Of a DNA stretch of 54,019 nt, positions 37,481 through 50,174 are shown piece by piece. Origin of the DNA: Girardia tigrina. Taxonomy: Eukaryota. Below the pieces are notes generated by a model that ran no database searches, had not been told where the DNA came from, and saw only the letters and a program-made list of their open reading frames with translations. Each line of letters begins with the position of its first letter. The first letter of the stretch is position 1. Made by a program: the position numbers and the translations under genes. The stretch lies in the NCBI GenBank assembly GCA_001938485.1, contig MQRK01222176.1, positions 5,144 to 59,162 on the forward strand, written 5' to 3'.

Positions 37481-38804
37481 ATTCAGAAGATTTTCGAAAA
37501 GTTAATTCGTCTCTTTATTAAAATAATAAATTTTAAAAGTAGTTCTAGCTATGAATTTAAAACTCTAGATGTAATATCGCAAACATAAGAGAGACTTCGT
37601 GTCATTTCTGTAAGTGAATTAAGTAACATTGAACTTTGGGTAATGGTTTAAAAATAAGCATTACTTTAACCTGAGAATTTAGGGAAAATAATAAAGTTGA
37701 ATTAATAAAAAACTTTTATTTTAAAATTTTTTTAATTGATTCTAATTGTAGAGATTTGGTTTAAGATATACAATAATATACAATCTGATTCTTATTTCTT
37801 CAAATAATGTGCAAAAATGTTTTACTATACCTCAATTGTTTGACTAAAATAATAATGTAACTACAAAAAGTCAAATTCCTTTCATGATTTTTATTTTATT
37901 ATACCATTATTGTATTACCACTTTATATTTAATAGGTTATCAATCAAGCGTTTTAAAAAAGACAGTTCTTCAAAAAGATTTATTGAATTAATTATAAATT
38001 AATTAATTAATTTTTAAATACCCGAGATTTAGATGATAATTTTAAAAAATAAAAATTATTAAAAACAAAATTAAAACCAAAATATGATTATATTTAAATT
38101 GTGAAAAAAATATCGTCGGAAAGTCTTTAAATGTTTAAACCACTTTACAAAAATTCTTCTAAATATATACTTCAAAAAAGAATTCATTTATTATGAATGA
38201 ATTAAAAATCAATAATGAATTTTTATTTAAATTTAATTTTTATATGTTCAATAAATTTACCTTTTTTAAAAATTAATAATTTTTTCTCTTTTTGCTTGAT
38301 AATATAACATTTCCAATAGGATTTAATCTTCGTAAAAAATAAAATAATACTTCAATAATTCATTAAACTATAGCATATAAAGATATTGATTTCGAAGAAA
38401 TTTAAATTTTAAATTAATAAATGACTAAATTAAGAATAAAAGTAATCAGTAAATAAAGATCATTTATTAAATAAATATAATATATGTCCCTATACTCAAC
38501 ACTTCTATTTGCTCATTTTTGTACTCTGCTGAACTTCACTTTCTTTTAAAAGATAAATAAGTTTTTTCAATTAAATTCTAGGATGTATGTGTGTAACTAT
38601 TTTGTATTGAAATGTCATTTTTTGTGTTTTCTTACACAAGAAAATAAATTACAAAAAACTAAAAAAGGTAAATCTACCAAAGCTGGTCCTTTAAAATAAA
38701 TTTGGAATGAACGAACACGAGATAAACCAAACGAAAACATTCGGGATGAACAAAAATAATATGAACGGACGGGGATGAACGAACCCCAAACTTTTAAATT
38801 CCAA

Positions 38805-39343
38805 TATCACTCTAAATGAAAAAGAACAATTAATAGATATTTCAAGCGACGAAATATTACGAGTTCAATTTAAGTCCTTGACTTATCAAAAATCTTTGTT
38901 AACAATAGGAAATAAATATACCGATTTAAAGAAGGCGATAAAATTTTGATCCGATTTCCAATAACTTATTTACGCAAAGCTGGATTTTCTAAATAAATGG
39001 TAATTAATATAAAATACCAATCTCGATTGGATCCAGAGGACGACCTATGACTGGTGATTTAAAATATAAATATAGACGCAATTATAAGCATTTTGCAAGC
39101 TCACCCTTCTCATTAATTGATATTGTTATGAAAAGTTGTTCATAAAATACATGTTTAAATATAAAACTATACTTAGTTCTATTGATATCACTATATACAT
39201 AAATAAAACAGTTCTTAGAAAATTGTGTTTTATTTCACTGTAACTACACTGTTGATTGAAAAAATGTCAATTATTTACCAAGAGATCGAGACAAAATTTG
39301 ATACAGAATGAGGGGTCGTACAACAAAATAGTTTGCGCACCAA
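38805..39343 (+). mobile_element. hAT Buster/Charlie-type 3' end
   Basis: EKEQLIDISSD..FPITYLRKAGFS..KYQSRLDPEDDL..QAHPSH* followed by a GGGGTCG...AGTTTGCGCACC terminal motif. Confidence 0.85.
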
Positions 39344-40669
39344 GGAAAAGTGAAAAATAACAATTTAAAATATAAATAAAACATTTTTAAAATAATCAAT
39401 TTTTTTAAGAAAAATATCAATTATATATTGAAAATTTAATAAATTAGTGTTGTAAAAATACATTATAATTTGAGGAAGAGGAATCATGAGAATGAATGAC
39501 AGATTTTTCAGTCAAGAAATATTTGAGAAATTGTAAAATAAATTATTTACAGAATATAAAAATCCATAATATTTAATATAAATTTAAATTAAAAACCTTG
39601 TTCATCTTAAAAAAAAAGATGCGTTTTATGATAAATTAACTTATCATGTCAATAAGCATATCGATTTCGAATTAATTAGCAAAAATGGAGAAAATGAAAA
39701 TATTTTTGGATATTCAAATTTGAAAATAAATTTTGGTTTTCTGTTGGTCAATTGAATCAATATTTCTATGTATCCTATGACAAAAAACTGGAAAGTGATG
39801 ATATAAAAGCTGATGATTTTGAAGAGTCTCTTATTGCTAACATTCCTTATATGTATCGTAATATTGATCTATACCGAGAAGCTTTGGAAAACGAAGATTT
39901 CAAATATTTCGAAAGCTAATTGATGCTTATAAATTTGATGATAAATTGTTTGTTATTTATAACGTTTACGGAACTGAAATGGAGCGTATGCATTGTCAAT
40001 TAGTTTGTGTGATATTGAGAACTATTCTTAATTTGATTCTTTTGAGCACAAACCAAATACTTCCACCACCTGCTAAAGATGATAATAATAATTCAACAGC
40101 CGCAGATATAAAATCAATATTGACATCTTCTCTAAATCAAATGTTTTCTAACGATTCTGTTGCTTATTCAACTTTAAAATCTGTTAAAACTTGTGTTGTT
40201 TTGTTTATTAAATCTTGATCATTTGTTGCAACTGTGGATGAATACATCACCCAAGGATCAGAAAAATTCAGAAAGAGAATTGTCAATAATAAAAACCGAA
40301 AAACTCTCTGCTGAAATACAACAACATATTGGTGAAGTTTTTTATAATTATTAATTTTTGTATTTTTTTTTACATTTTTAAAAAAAAATAACTAAGAAAT
40401 ATAGTGTTTTTCTCAAAAAAAGCCCTCTTGCCTAAGTCGGATATATGGTGTACGATTTTGTGTCCTCACATCTGAACACATGTCAACTCATTACATGACA
40501 TTTAATCATATCTAACTCAACACATGACTACTTCATCAGGTAACATTTCATCACTTCGTAATTTCCAAATGACGACAAAATTATGGCCAGAGCCGAATTT
40601 GTAAAAGGGCCGACAACCGGCTATTGCCATATTTGAGTCAATCCTAGCACAACCCTACATTAAATACAT

Positions 40670-41460
40670 TGTAAGGATTTTTTTTAATGGAGTTTATAGT
40701 GTATTGTTTGGTATGTTGTTTTAGGATTGTGTTTCTCCCACCCAGATGGAAGATTGATATTTTAAATATTTTTAAACGTCAAATTATTTAATCAATCATT
40801 AAAATTTAAACAACCAATTTTAAAATTAAATTACTATTTCACAAATAATATTTTAATAATAATTTTCTTAAAATAAATAAAATTTATTGAATAATTTAAA
40901 GTATAAATTGTTTTTGTAATAATTAAATTGTAATTTAAATTTGTTTGAATAATAAGACTGTGAGGAATGTTTTGAATTGTGTATTGATATTGTGCATGTA
41001 GAATGTTGATTCGGATTGTGCCTCTCCTACACAGATGGATGATTGATATTTTCTTTGATTCTTACTAATTAAAAATAATTTAATTTAATTTTAAAGTAAA
41101 AAAGATTTAAAATAATTTTTGAATGTATTATTTATTTTTTTAGTGTAATTTAATTTTAACCAATTAGATTTTTTATAATAATAATTTTTATTAACAGATT
41201 TTCATCTATTGAAAATAATTAGTTTGAACTCAGGAAAATATTGATCAAGAGAGATGTCAAATAGTGAATGCGCTTGTAATATTAATAAATGTTGTAAACC
41301 TCATATTGATGTCGTTAATAAAGACATTAAAGAATAATATTAAAAAATCATCAATCAAGAACGATGACGAGTTACGCAAGTTTTACGGAGAATTGTTCCA
41401 GTGGCAATTTAAATTGTGATGCAAATAAATGTAATGAAAACTCAATTAATGTTCTTAATA
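40670..41460 (+). mobile_element. Solo gypsy LTR (TG...TA) containing a nested solo LTR
   Basis: TGTAAGGA...TTCTTAATA with TACAT TSD (40665-40669 and 41461-41465). Confidence 0.8.
40959..41320 (+). mobile_element. Nested solo gypsy LTR (TG...TA)
   Basis: TGTGAGGA...GTCGTTAATA with AAGAC TSD (40954-40958 and 41321-41325). Confidence 0.85.
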
Positions 41461-42551
41461 TACATAATTATAAAAGCTATTCAAAAAGCATTTATTATTT
41501 AGTCAATGTACATAAATTTATTTTTAAAAATAATTAAAAAAAATAATCAAAGAATTAATACATTTTTAGTATTAGGGGTTTCACTCCCGGGAAGTTATTA
41601 CCTTTTTCCCTTCTTTGTATGTACTTGCGTTTGTGTCATCTTGTTATAAGATTTTAAATAGTAGGTACATATTTATGAGTACTTTTGGGCTTCTCAAACT
41701 ATTTTTACCTCATGATACCATTTTGACTTTATTGACTTTTGCTCGCCCTATTTATTATATAACTAAGTATTTATTATTTATAATCTAAAACTTTCAATAA
41801 AAATTATTTTGTGCCCAAATACATATGAATTTGTGTAGTACGAATAAAATATTTTTTTTTAACACACATGTCCTTCAAAATTTAATCCACCAATCTAAAG
41901 TAATTAATGATTTAAGCTTTTATATAAGACAAAAATAATTATAAAAAGAGATTATAGATATTTTATGTTCCACTTATACTTATCAGCATCACTTAAAAAC
42001 AACAGGAAGAAATCCCTATTGTTTCTTCTGTCTGATGAGGAAATGTTTTGTTTTTATTATTTTCAATTAATTTTTTTCAATAATTTTCTTCAATATAACA
42101 TAATTATTCTGTTATTCTTTTGTTGAAAAACTCTGCATAAATAGATCGTTAAACTGTCAATATGGGTCATGTTTCATCTAAGATTATTGAAAGTTTAAAA
42201 GAGAATAACTATTTATTATTTAATAATTTTTTCACATAACAAATAAGAGATGTCTGTTATTTAAAATGACTCTGATTCAGTAAAGAAGTTTATTTTATTA
42301 AACGATTTCTAATAAAAACAATATTTGTTTAATTTAAAAGTAGGAGTCGCGACCAAACTACTGTCACTGGAATCACTCGAATATGTCAATTATATTTAGA
42401 TTACTGACTTTGATGGGAATATAACGGTCTTTTATATCTGACTTAAACATATCAGAACAACATTTGATCTGTATTTTATACAATTTCTAACTAACATTTT
42501 ATAAATTTTTACTGAAACCAGTGTCAATTTTGTCGTATAATATTTATAATT

Positions 42552-42989
42552 TTTTTTGGTACCGTAGCCTTTGGGCCCTGGGTGCAGTAAATTATGCACA
42601 ATCATATGACTTGGGTTTGCATATATATTTGAGTGTCTCAGTAGGCAAGGAACCTGGTGGCGCCTATTTCCTCTCCAGATTTGGATGGCCGTTGGCTCCA
42701 AGGAGCTCATCCACCCTTTGCTAGGTTTTGTTTTTCATCCTGCTAGGTGTCCATAGACCTCTTCACCCAGGTTGCTCTGGGTGAGGCAGCCGGTTTAGTC
42801 GCCAACTATTCAACCATGGGATAGGTATTACAGGTTTACGTGGTACCTGTAGCAGACAGATTGCCTGACCTGACCTGTAGTCAATGGCCCCGTGATTTCC
42901 CTATCGGTCACCTAAATACGCGGCCGTTGGTTGCTTGACTTCGGAGATCGGACGAGACCTGACGTACCCAACTGCGGCCATTGACTACC
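42552..42989 (-). mobile_element. 5S rRNA-headed SINE-like element
   Basis: 5S-like head, ~320-bp GC-rich body, A8 tail, candidate TTATAATT TSD. Confidence 0.6.
42880..42985 (-). pseudogene. 5S rRNA-derived sequence (106 nt, internally deleted)
   Basis: GTCAATGGCC..GGTCTCGTCCGATCTCCGAAGTCAAGC..GGTGACCG..GGGAA..GGCCATTGAC follows the 5S consensus; helices I and II can pair. Confidence 0.8.
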
Positions 42990-43414
42990 TTATAATTAAT
43001 TTATAATTAGCCATTTTAAAAATATAAAAAAAGAGGAATGCGCTTTGAATATTTTGAGAACTGAAGAACAAGTTATGAAATCTTTTCGAATAAAATAATA
43101 TGTAATATAGATTATAAATAAATGTACGATGAGTTATATAAAATTTTCAATTTACTAAATAATTTTAACAGAAATTAAATTAAATTTTTTATTTAGGGTC
43201 ACTATCTCCTCCGTATAAACAGGCATTTGGGACTGGATTTTGTTCATTGAAGTGATGTGATAAAGTATCAATTACTAATAATGACAATTGGTGCGTAAAG
43301 AGACGTGACAAAACAGTTTCTAAATAAACAATTAAAATCATACATGAAAATGGGTGGTTTCAGTTCATGCAGTGGGGGTGGGTGGTGAACAATAATGTGA
43401 GTGAATGTGGTGCA

Positions 43415-43500
43415 TTAACCCCTTAACGCATAGGCCCAAGTAGGACTCGGGTATGGAGAACTGGCAAATTTGTGCAAGCCCGAGTCCAGTTCGGGTGTCT
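43415..43500 (+). mobile_element. Probable piggyBac terminal fragment
   Basis: TTAA-CCCCTT start followed by two imperfect palindromes (CCCAAGTAGGACTCGGG, CCCGAGTCCAGTTCGGG); partner end not found. Confidence 0.45.
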
Positions 43501-44086
43501 AATATGTTTTAGCTATTCTTCTATGCAGCAACGAAAATAGCTTCTACACACATACATATTGGTACATTAATTAATCGATAATATTCAATCAAAATATTTA
43601 TCAAAAAAACATGTATTAAATATTTTAAATAATTAAAATATCTAATATCCAACAATTTATAAAGTAGAACGAAATTATTTTGAAAGAAATTAAAGTTAGA
43701 GTAAGTTTAATACTTTTTTAAAGAAATTATTTTGAAAATAAGTTTATTATAAATTAAATTTAAAAAATTTAAATATTTTTTTAACAAATGCTGTAAATTT
43801 AAGAGATAATTTTTTATGGTGAAAGTTCAATAAATGTATACAAAAGGATAAATTTAATTTAAAAGAAAATTTAATAAATGAATTTTGGCAAAATAATTAA
43901 ACTGACGAGAATAAATTTAAATTTGCGTGTAATTTACAATAATAAGTTTTTGTGTAAAATATGAATTTTAATTTTGAATTTCTAATCTAATGTATTATCT
44001 TCTTCTCTTCCAGATACAAATTAAAAAGATTTTTTTTTATTTTCAAAAGTTTTTTTTAATTTAAAATTAAAATATATTTTTATATA

Positions 44087-45322
44087 TTAGGGTGAACCAA
44101 ATGTCTTTTCGTATTTTTATTAAAAATTTAAACATAATTTCACAACAAATAAAAAAACATTTAAGTTTCAAAGTAAAGGCCATTTGAATCTATAGCTTGA
44201 ACCCATCTATGGGCAAGTTGTGCGGTACCAATCCTTGTTCTTAGAAGCGGAGAACTGGTGACACCCGTTTTCGACCTCGGCCAGATTATTGAAGCTGCGA
44301 CCACGAAGAAAGTGTACCACAGGGCGGAAAAGGTGAAATTCGGGTGGCACAAGATCCGGACTATATACTGGGTGTGATAGAAGTTCAAAGGTGTCGAGAT
44401 TTTTGATTTTTTCCTTTGTTTGTTTTGCGGTGTGCGGTTTTGCATTGTCCTGTTGTAGAAGAACTCGCTTTCGATTGATCAAAGCGGGGTATTTCTCGCC
44501 AAGTGCCGCATACATTTGATCAAGTTGGGCGCAGTAAAGGTCAGTGTCGATGGTACGACCATTTGGAACCAGCTCGAAGGGAATCACGCTTTCGAAATTC
44601 CACCAAACACACAAAAGTGCTTTCCTTGAGAAACGATCTCGTTTTGCTACCGGTTTCGCCATTTGTCCGGGGTCCAACCATTGATTTTGTTGGTCTCGAT
44701 TACTGAAGTAAACCCACTTTTCATCGCAAGTTACAATTCCACTGATGAAACGGTCATCGCGCGGATTTTCAAGCAATTTTTGACAAGTTTTGAAACGCTT
44801 TTCGGCTTGAATTTGTATCAATTCATGATGCACTTCTCGACATCGTCTATTGACCTTGCCAAGAGCGGGAATGTGACGTACAATGGATGTACGTGTACTT
44901 GTCTCCACGATTTCACGAATTGCTCCGGAATCTACGGTGATAGGTCGGCCTGAACGTGTATTGTCTCCGAGGTCAATGTCGCCTTCGTTGAACCTTTTAA
45001 ACCAATTTTATGCATTACGATTTGAGACCATATTATTGCCTTCAACTTCGCATATCTTCTTTGTTGCTACAGTTGCGTTTAAGCCATGTTTCCAGTAATG
45101 GCGTAAAAGAAAACGAATTTCAAAATTTTCCATGATTTTTCTTCAAGACCATAAAAATTATATTAACGACTAATTAGAAGTTTTAATATATATATTGCAA
45201 TAGAGCAGTTCAAGAGCTTTAAAAACATATAACATATGTATATAAAATATCTTTATTTGGTAATAAGAAACAATTGAACAAAAAGACGTAGAAAATACGA
45301 AAAGACTTTTGGTTCACCCTAA
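44087..45322 (-). mobile_element. mariner (DD34D) transposon, near full length, inactivated
   Basis: ~30-bp TIRs TTAGGGTGAACCAAA.GTCTTTTCGTATTTT and TA TSD; transposase 45133-44161 with RSGRP, IVTCDEKWV, LQQDNAKPH and YSPDLVPPEFHLF; stop, deletion and frameshift. Confidence 0.95.
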
Positions 45323-45599
45323 TACAAAAATTAATTATTATACCTATAAGAATTTTCCATATTAAAAATCCAAAAAAAATGATAACGTTTATTTTTAATA
45401 CACAATCAAATAATGCGCGTCTAAAATTAATTACACTGATTGATTCAAACAATCTCAGGAGTTTTTTATGTATTCAGGATCCTTTGATATAATATGATAA
45501 TGATATAAATAAATATATGTATTTTAATTTATAAATATATAGTTTTTAATTATTCTCACACCCCCTGCTTTAAAAGGCTTTAGCCATTCTATATAATTC

Positions 45600-46550
45600 T
45601 ATAAGCATTCAAGAAACCCCAGATGATGCGGAATTAGCGCTCTATTATCCCATTTGCATTTTGATGGTAAGGACTTGAATATTGTACATCAATTAACATG
45701 AATTTTCTTCATAAAAGGCTTTAACAAGTGAATTAAATGTGTCAGATACAGATCGTTGAACATTGGCTGATGGGGAATTGAGTGCGGCAATTAATTTTCC
45801 AAAAATATTGATGAATCTTTCATCAGATGCGTCAAGATGTTTCACGAGTGAATCCATCAAAGTAACAATTTACTATCGAAGGATATCGTTCTCGGCCACA
45901 TTCTCGGCACTCGATAAATAATTTTCCATATTCGGCAGAAACATATTTATATGCAGTTTCCCCGAATATTCGATCACTTTTTGACGTGTTTCTAGCATAC
46001 CATAACAAATTTGTGGATTACGATCGCTTAATGCTTGTGGTATTAGGAAATTGAATAGGCTTTCAACCAGAGAGCTTTCAGATATAAATTTAGATGTCTG
46101 GCTTGCCATTGATCAGGCGGAGATGCAATGAGTACCCTTCTAAAAGCATCCAAAACCGGTGGTTTTAAAAATGCTAAGGCTTCAAAAGGCTCTAAAATAT
46201 TCCTTACTAATAGATTTAATTGATATTCTTACATTTCAATTAACGCTGTGACTGTACTAATTGATCCAGTCATAATATCATCATGACAAAATATTACAAA
46301 ATCTTGCAGCTTAAATGCCAATTGATCGTCGACGCAAAGAGATAAAGTTTTCCATAAATGGTCGGTTTTTTCTACAGCAGTTTTATCAAAATCGTGTTTT
46401 GCTGTCCAAATGTAAAGCGACAACTGATCAAAGAATTCATTTAAAACATTCTTATCAATCGTGTTTAAACTATCAAGTGTCAGAATTCTGGCCTGAATTG
46501 TATTACAAATGAAGCAATCCATAAGATTTTTGAAAACATTTCTTTTGAAG
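45600..46550 (-). pseudogene. GCN1: GCN1 (eIF2-alpha kinase activator) HEAT-repeat fragment inside the gypsy element
   Basis: KPPVLDAFRRVLIASPPDQWQAR, LFNFLIPQALSDRNPQI and LMDSLVKHLDASD..GKLIAALNSPSANVQRSVS match recalled animal GCN1 (RPPPVLDALGRVISESPPDQWEAR; LFQFFVPDALNDR; LMGSLAKHLDKSD..AKLIAALSTPSQQVQESVA); stops and frameshifts. Confidence 0.88.
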
Positions 46551-46554
46551 AAAT

Positions 46555-47742
46555 GTACCATCAAGTAGCATTGGATGAAAGTTCTCAAGAAAAAACTGCG
46601 TTTTGCAAGAGAATACATCAGTTATGTTTTAACCGTGTACCGTTTGGACTTTCAACAGCACTCGGAACGTTTCAGAGTATAATTCAGAATTCATTATTCG
46701 AAGATTTTCTATTCTCTGGAGTAGTATTATACCTAGATGATGTCTTAATTTACTCAAAATCAATGAAGGATCATTTGAGACTATTAGAAGAAGTACTGAA
46801 TAGACTGAAGAAAGTAGGTTTAAAAGTCAATCCAGGGAAATGCAAATTCGGAGTGCGGGAACTGGTATTTTTGGGACATACAATTAACAAAGAAGGTAAC
46901 TCAACAAATAAATTGAAAGTGGCAGAAATTCAAAATTTTCCGATTCCAAAGTGTACTCGAAATTTATGAGCATTTTTAGGTCTGTGTAACTACTATCGAC
47001 GATTTATCAAGAATTACGCAGAATTAGCAGCACCTTTGCACAGTGCATGTAGCGGAAAATGTAAAGAAAAATTTAAGCAGACGAGTGCGACAGAAGTTTT
47101 CACGAATTGAAGCAAAAGTTATGAAGTGCACCTATATTAGCATTTGTGAACCCGAATAATAATTTTATCTTAGATACAGATGCATCATTCGGATCGATAT
47201 GAGCAGTTTTAAGTCAGATATCAGAAGAGAAAGAAGTAGTAATCGCGTATGCATCGAGGATTTTAACCACACATGAAAAAAGGTTCTGTGTGACAAGAAA
47301 GGAACTTTTAACTTTACAAGAGTTCATGTTACATTTCAAGCAATATTTATATGGCAAGAGATTTACAGCAAGAACTAAAGCACTAGTGTATATGAAGAGT
47401 ACATCCAAACCAATAACTCCTCAATTCCAAACATGGTTAATAAACATGCGGATTTTGACTTTGATTTGAAGTATAGAAAAGGTGACGAACATGGAAATGC
47501 AGATGGATTATCACGGCTATATGACGACGTCTGTGCAAAATGTGAAACAAAACACGAAGAACCAAAATTAACAAAAGCAAGGGTGAAACACATCAAAACA
47601 GTGGTGATTCAGTCTACAATTCAATGGATAAAAGACTAACAAGAAAAGTGTTCAGAGTTGAACCAGTTGAAACAAATACAGGAGATGACAGAGGGAGAAA
47701 AGAATGAAATCAACAAGGAGTTATTACAACTAAAGGACCAAT
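46555..47742 (+). mobile_element. pol: RT/RNase H fragment of a different gypsy family, antisense to the host element
   Basis: YHQVAL..KTAF..FNRVPFGL..VLYLDDVLIYS..FLGH..FLGLCNYYRRFI..ILDTDAS..HGNADGLSR. Confidence 0.92.
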
Positions 47743-48186
47743 TAGTTTCATTTCGCATAAATGAATACGTTTTCATAAATCCCACTTGACATAATTATTT
47801 ATGGAAAAAGATTATACAAGCATTTCCTTCACTTTTTGGAATCCAAATCTTGTCATTTAGGGTTCTGACACATCCTTTGGATAATTTGAATGTTTCACAA
47901 GTATTGTTCTTTATTTGTTCAATGATTTACGTAATTTCCGTGCTCTTCTGTTTTCATGGTATGGGAGATCTCTCTTCATCTATTGCCAACATTCTCACTT
48001 TTTGGTTTGATAATTTTGGCTGCTCATGTTGAATCATACACTGTGAACATACTGTACATTCATTCCGAGACAACGCATCTTCATTTTGATGTATTTCTCA
48101 TTTTCTATATTCTAATTTCATATCTAAACTGCCTAAGTTCATCTAGTTTTGAAATTGCGGAGTAATTGGTTTTTTCTTGTCATTAT

Positions 48187-48464
48187 TGTGAGGGGTTTGT
48201 TTGATAATTAATGTGTGTTGATTGAAATTTGTTGAGTATGTTGTTCTCTCCCGTTCAATGTAATTATTAACACGATGATCTTAATTTGAATTATTAAATG
48301 ATAAAATGAATATATGACAAATAAATATATTTGTTTTAATATTCAGATTTTTGACGAATATTTAAATTAAGCGTGATTGTATATTCTTGTTCTTGAATAA
48401 ATGTTTTCAAAAAAAGAGTCTTGTTTTCTTGATAAACAGACCAAAACGTGTGGAGTAATTAACA
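48187..48464 (+). mobile_element. Solo LTR (TG...CA) inserted in the RNase H region
   Basis: TGTGAGGGG...ATTAACA with ATTAT TSD; RNase H homology resumes on the other side. Confidence 0.85.
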
Positions 48465-50174
48465 ATTATAAAAACAATTGCATTGTGATCTGTTCTCAGT
48501 TTAAAATGTGCACCGTAAAGGTAATGTTTAAAATGTTGAGTAAAATAAAATATTGTTAATAATTCTTTCCTTGTTATACAATAACCTATTTCATGTTTCG
48601 ACATCGACCTTGATACATACACGATGACTCGCTCTTCACCTTCGTCATCTAACTGAGAAAGAACCACGCCAATTGTATCGAAAGATGCATCTGTATCTAA
48701 AATGAACTGCTTTTTAAAATTTGGATAACATAATATATGGGCACTTGTCATGACTGTTTTTAGCTTTTAAAAAGCCTCTGTTTGTAATACGTTCCAATAA
48801 AGTTTATTTTTAGAACTTCCACGCATTGCTTACTACGGTTTTGCTAGTTTTTGATTATTCTACAATGAACTTCCTTTAATAATTACACAGTCCTAAAAAA
48901 CTGCGCAATTTTTTTTACACATTTTGGTTGTTCAACATCTACTAATGTCTGGATTTTCTCGGATCCGTTTTTTATTCCTTCACTATTCACAATATATCCA
49001 AGAAAATGCATCTCCTTCTGGAAAAATTTACATTTTCTGAGTTAATTCTTAAGCCTGCTTATTGAATTTTTCGAAAATAAGCGGTTTAATCTTTTCAAAT
49101 GCTCGTCTTTTGTTTCTGAAAAAATCAACACGTCATCCAGATATACCACTGCCTCTTTCCATAGCTTATCCTTCAATATTTCATTCATTAATTTTTGGAA
49201 AGTAGCCAGTGCTGCTCTATGCCGAATGGCATTCTAGTAAAGCAAAATTTTCCGGTCCTTGTAGAAAAAGCCGTTTTCAACTTTGAAGATTTTTCAAACT
49301 CCACTTGGTAATAAGCATTACCCAGATCTATGGAACTAAACCACTTCATTCTAATTAAAGAATCCATCATCTCATCAACATTTGGAAAAGGAATGGATGG
49401 TCTCTCAGTTACTTGATTTAGGAGCCGTAAATCTAAACACAGACAGATTTGCTTTTTCTCCTTTTTCCACACACAAACCAATGGTGTGTTTTAAGGGCAA
49501 GAATATTTTTCTATTTTTCCATGTCTTTCTAAATTCAATATTGCTTTTTTGATGTGATGTTCCAAATGTGCCGGCTATCTACGGGGCTTCTGTAAAATTG
49601 GCTCACTAGGTATTTTTATTTCATGTCTGGTTAACGTAGTTTTCCTAATATCCCATTTTCCAGTCATAAAAATGTTCTTGTACTTATTTATACATCTGTA
49701 TAAATTTGCACCATCACGTAGATTTAATGTTTTTAGATTTTCAAAAATCTGTCTTTGTCTGTATAAATAAGTTTATCCATCCATGGATATAAAGCACATA
49801 TTTCCGCACATACTCTATCAGATGTAAATAGTTCTTGTATTATATTTTTGGCATCAAATCTCCACCTTAAATCGAGACCTAAAGATCAAATTTATTACAT
49901 AATCAAATTATGCGAGTCTAAAATTAATTACACTGATTGATTCAAACAATCTCAGAAGTTTTTTATATATTCAGGATCCTTTGATATAATATGATAATGA
50001 TATAAATAAATATATGTATTTTAATTTATAAATATTAATTATTCTCACAATATCATAGAAAAAAAGCAGAATTGTTGAAAGGTATTGATTTTTTTCGTTG
50101 TTTTGCTTTCGTGTTATTTAAATGGACTTTTTGTAAATAAAAACAGAGAAATTTTGCTAAATAAAAATGTTATT

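Larger units (their letters stand above)
45345..50049 (-). mobile_element. Rearranged Ty3/gypsy element: truncated 5' LTR 50049-49891, RT/RNase H ~49700-47745, captured segments, integrase tail, PPT, 3' LTR 45560-45345
   Basis: ~160-bp direct repeats starting TGTGAGAAT on minus; TSD ATACC/ATATC; LCLDLRLLN, FSSIDLGNAYYQV, VVYLDDVLIF, FILDTDAS; IEWLKPFKAG then GGGGG before the 3' LTR. Confidence 0.88.

Noticed and set aside
42031-42045. CTGATGAGGAAA hammerhead-like core
   Set aside because: No stem II and no supporting stems
42770-42860. HDV-like ribozyme in the SINE body (…GGCGACTAAACCGG)
   Set aside because: Could not assign a consistent P1/P1.1/P3 double pseudoknot by eye
42880-42985. Functional 5S rRNA gene
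   Set aside because: About 14 nt short, internal control region damaged, no oligo-T terminator, not in a tandem array
44503-45098. Plus-strand ORFs overlapping the mariner
   Set aside because: Antisense shadows of the transposase
22145-47201. Alternative genetic code suggested by many in-frame stops
   Set aside because: Stops of different types replace unrelated residues (e.g. Arg and Gly) and co-occur with frameshifts, as expected from ordinary decay
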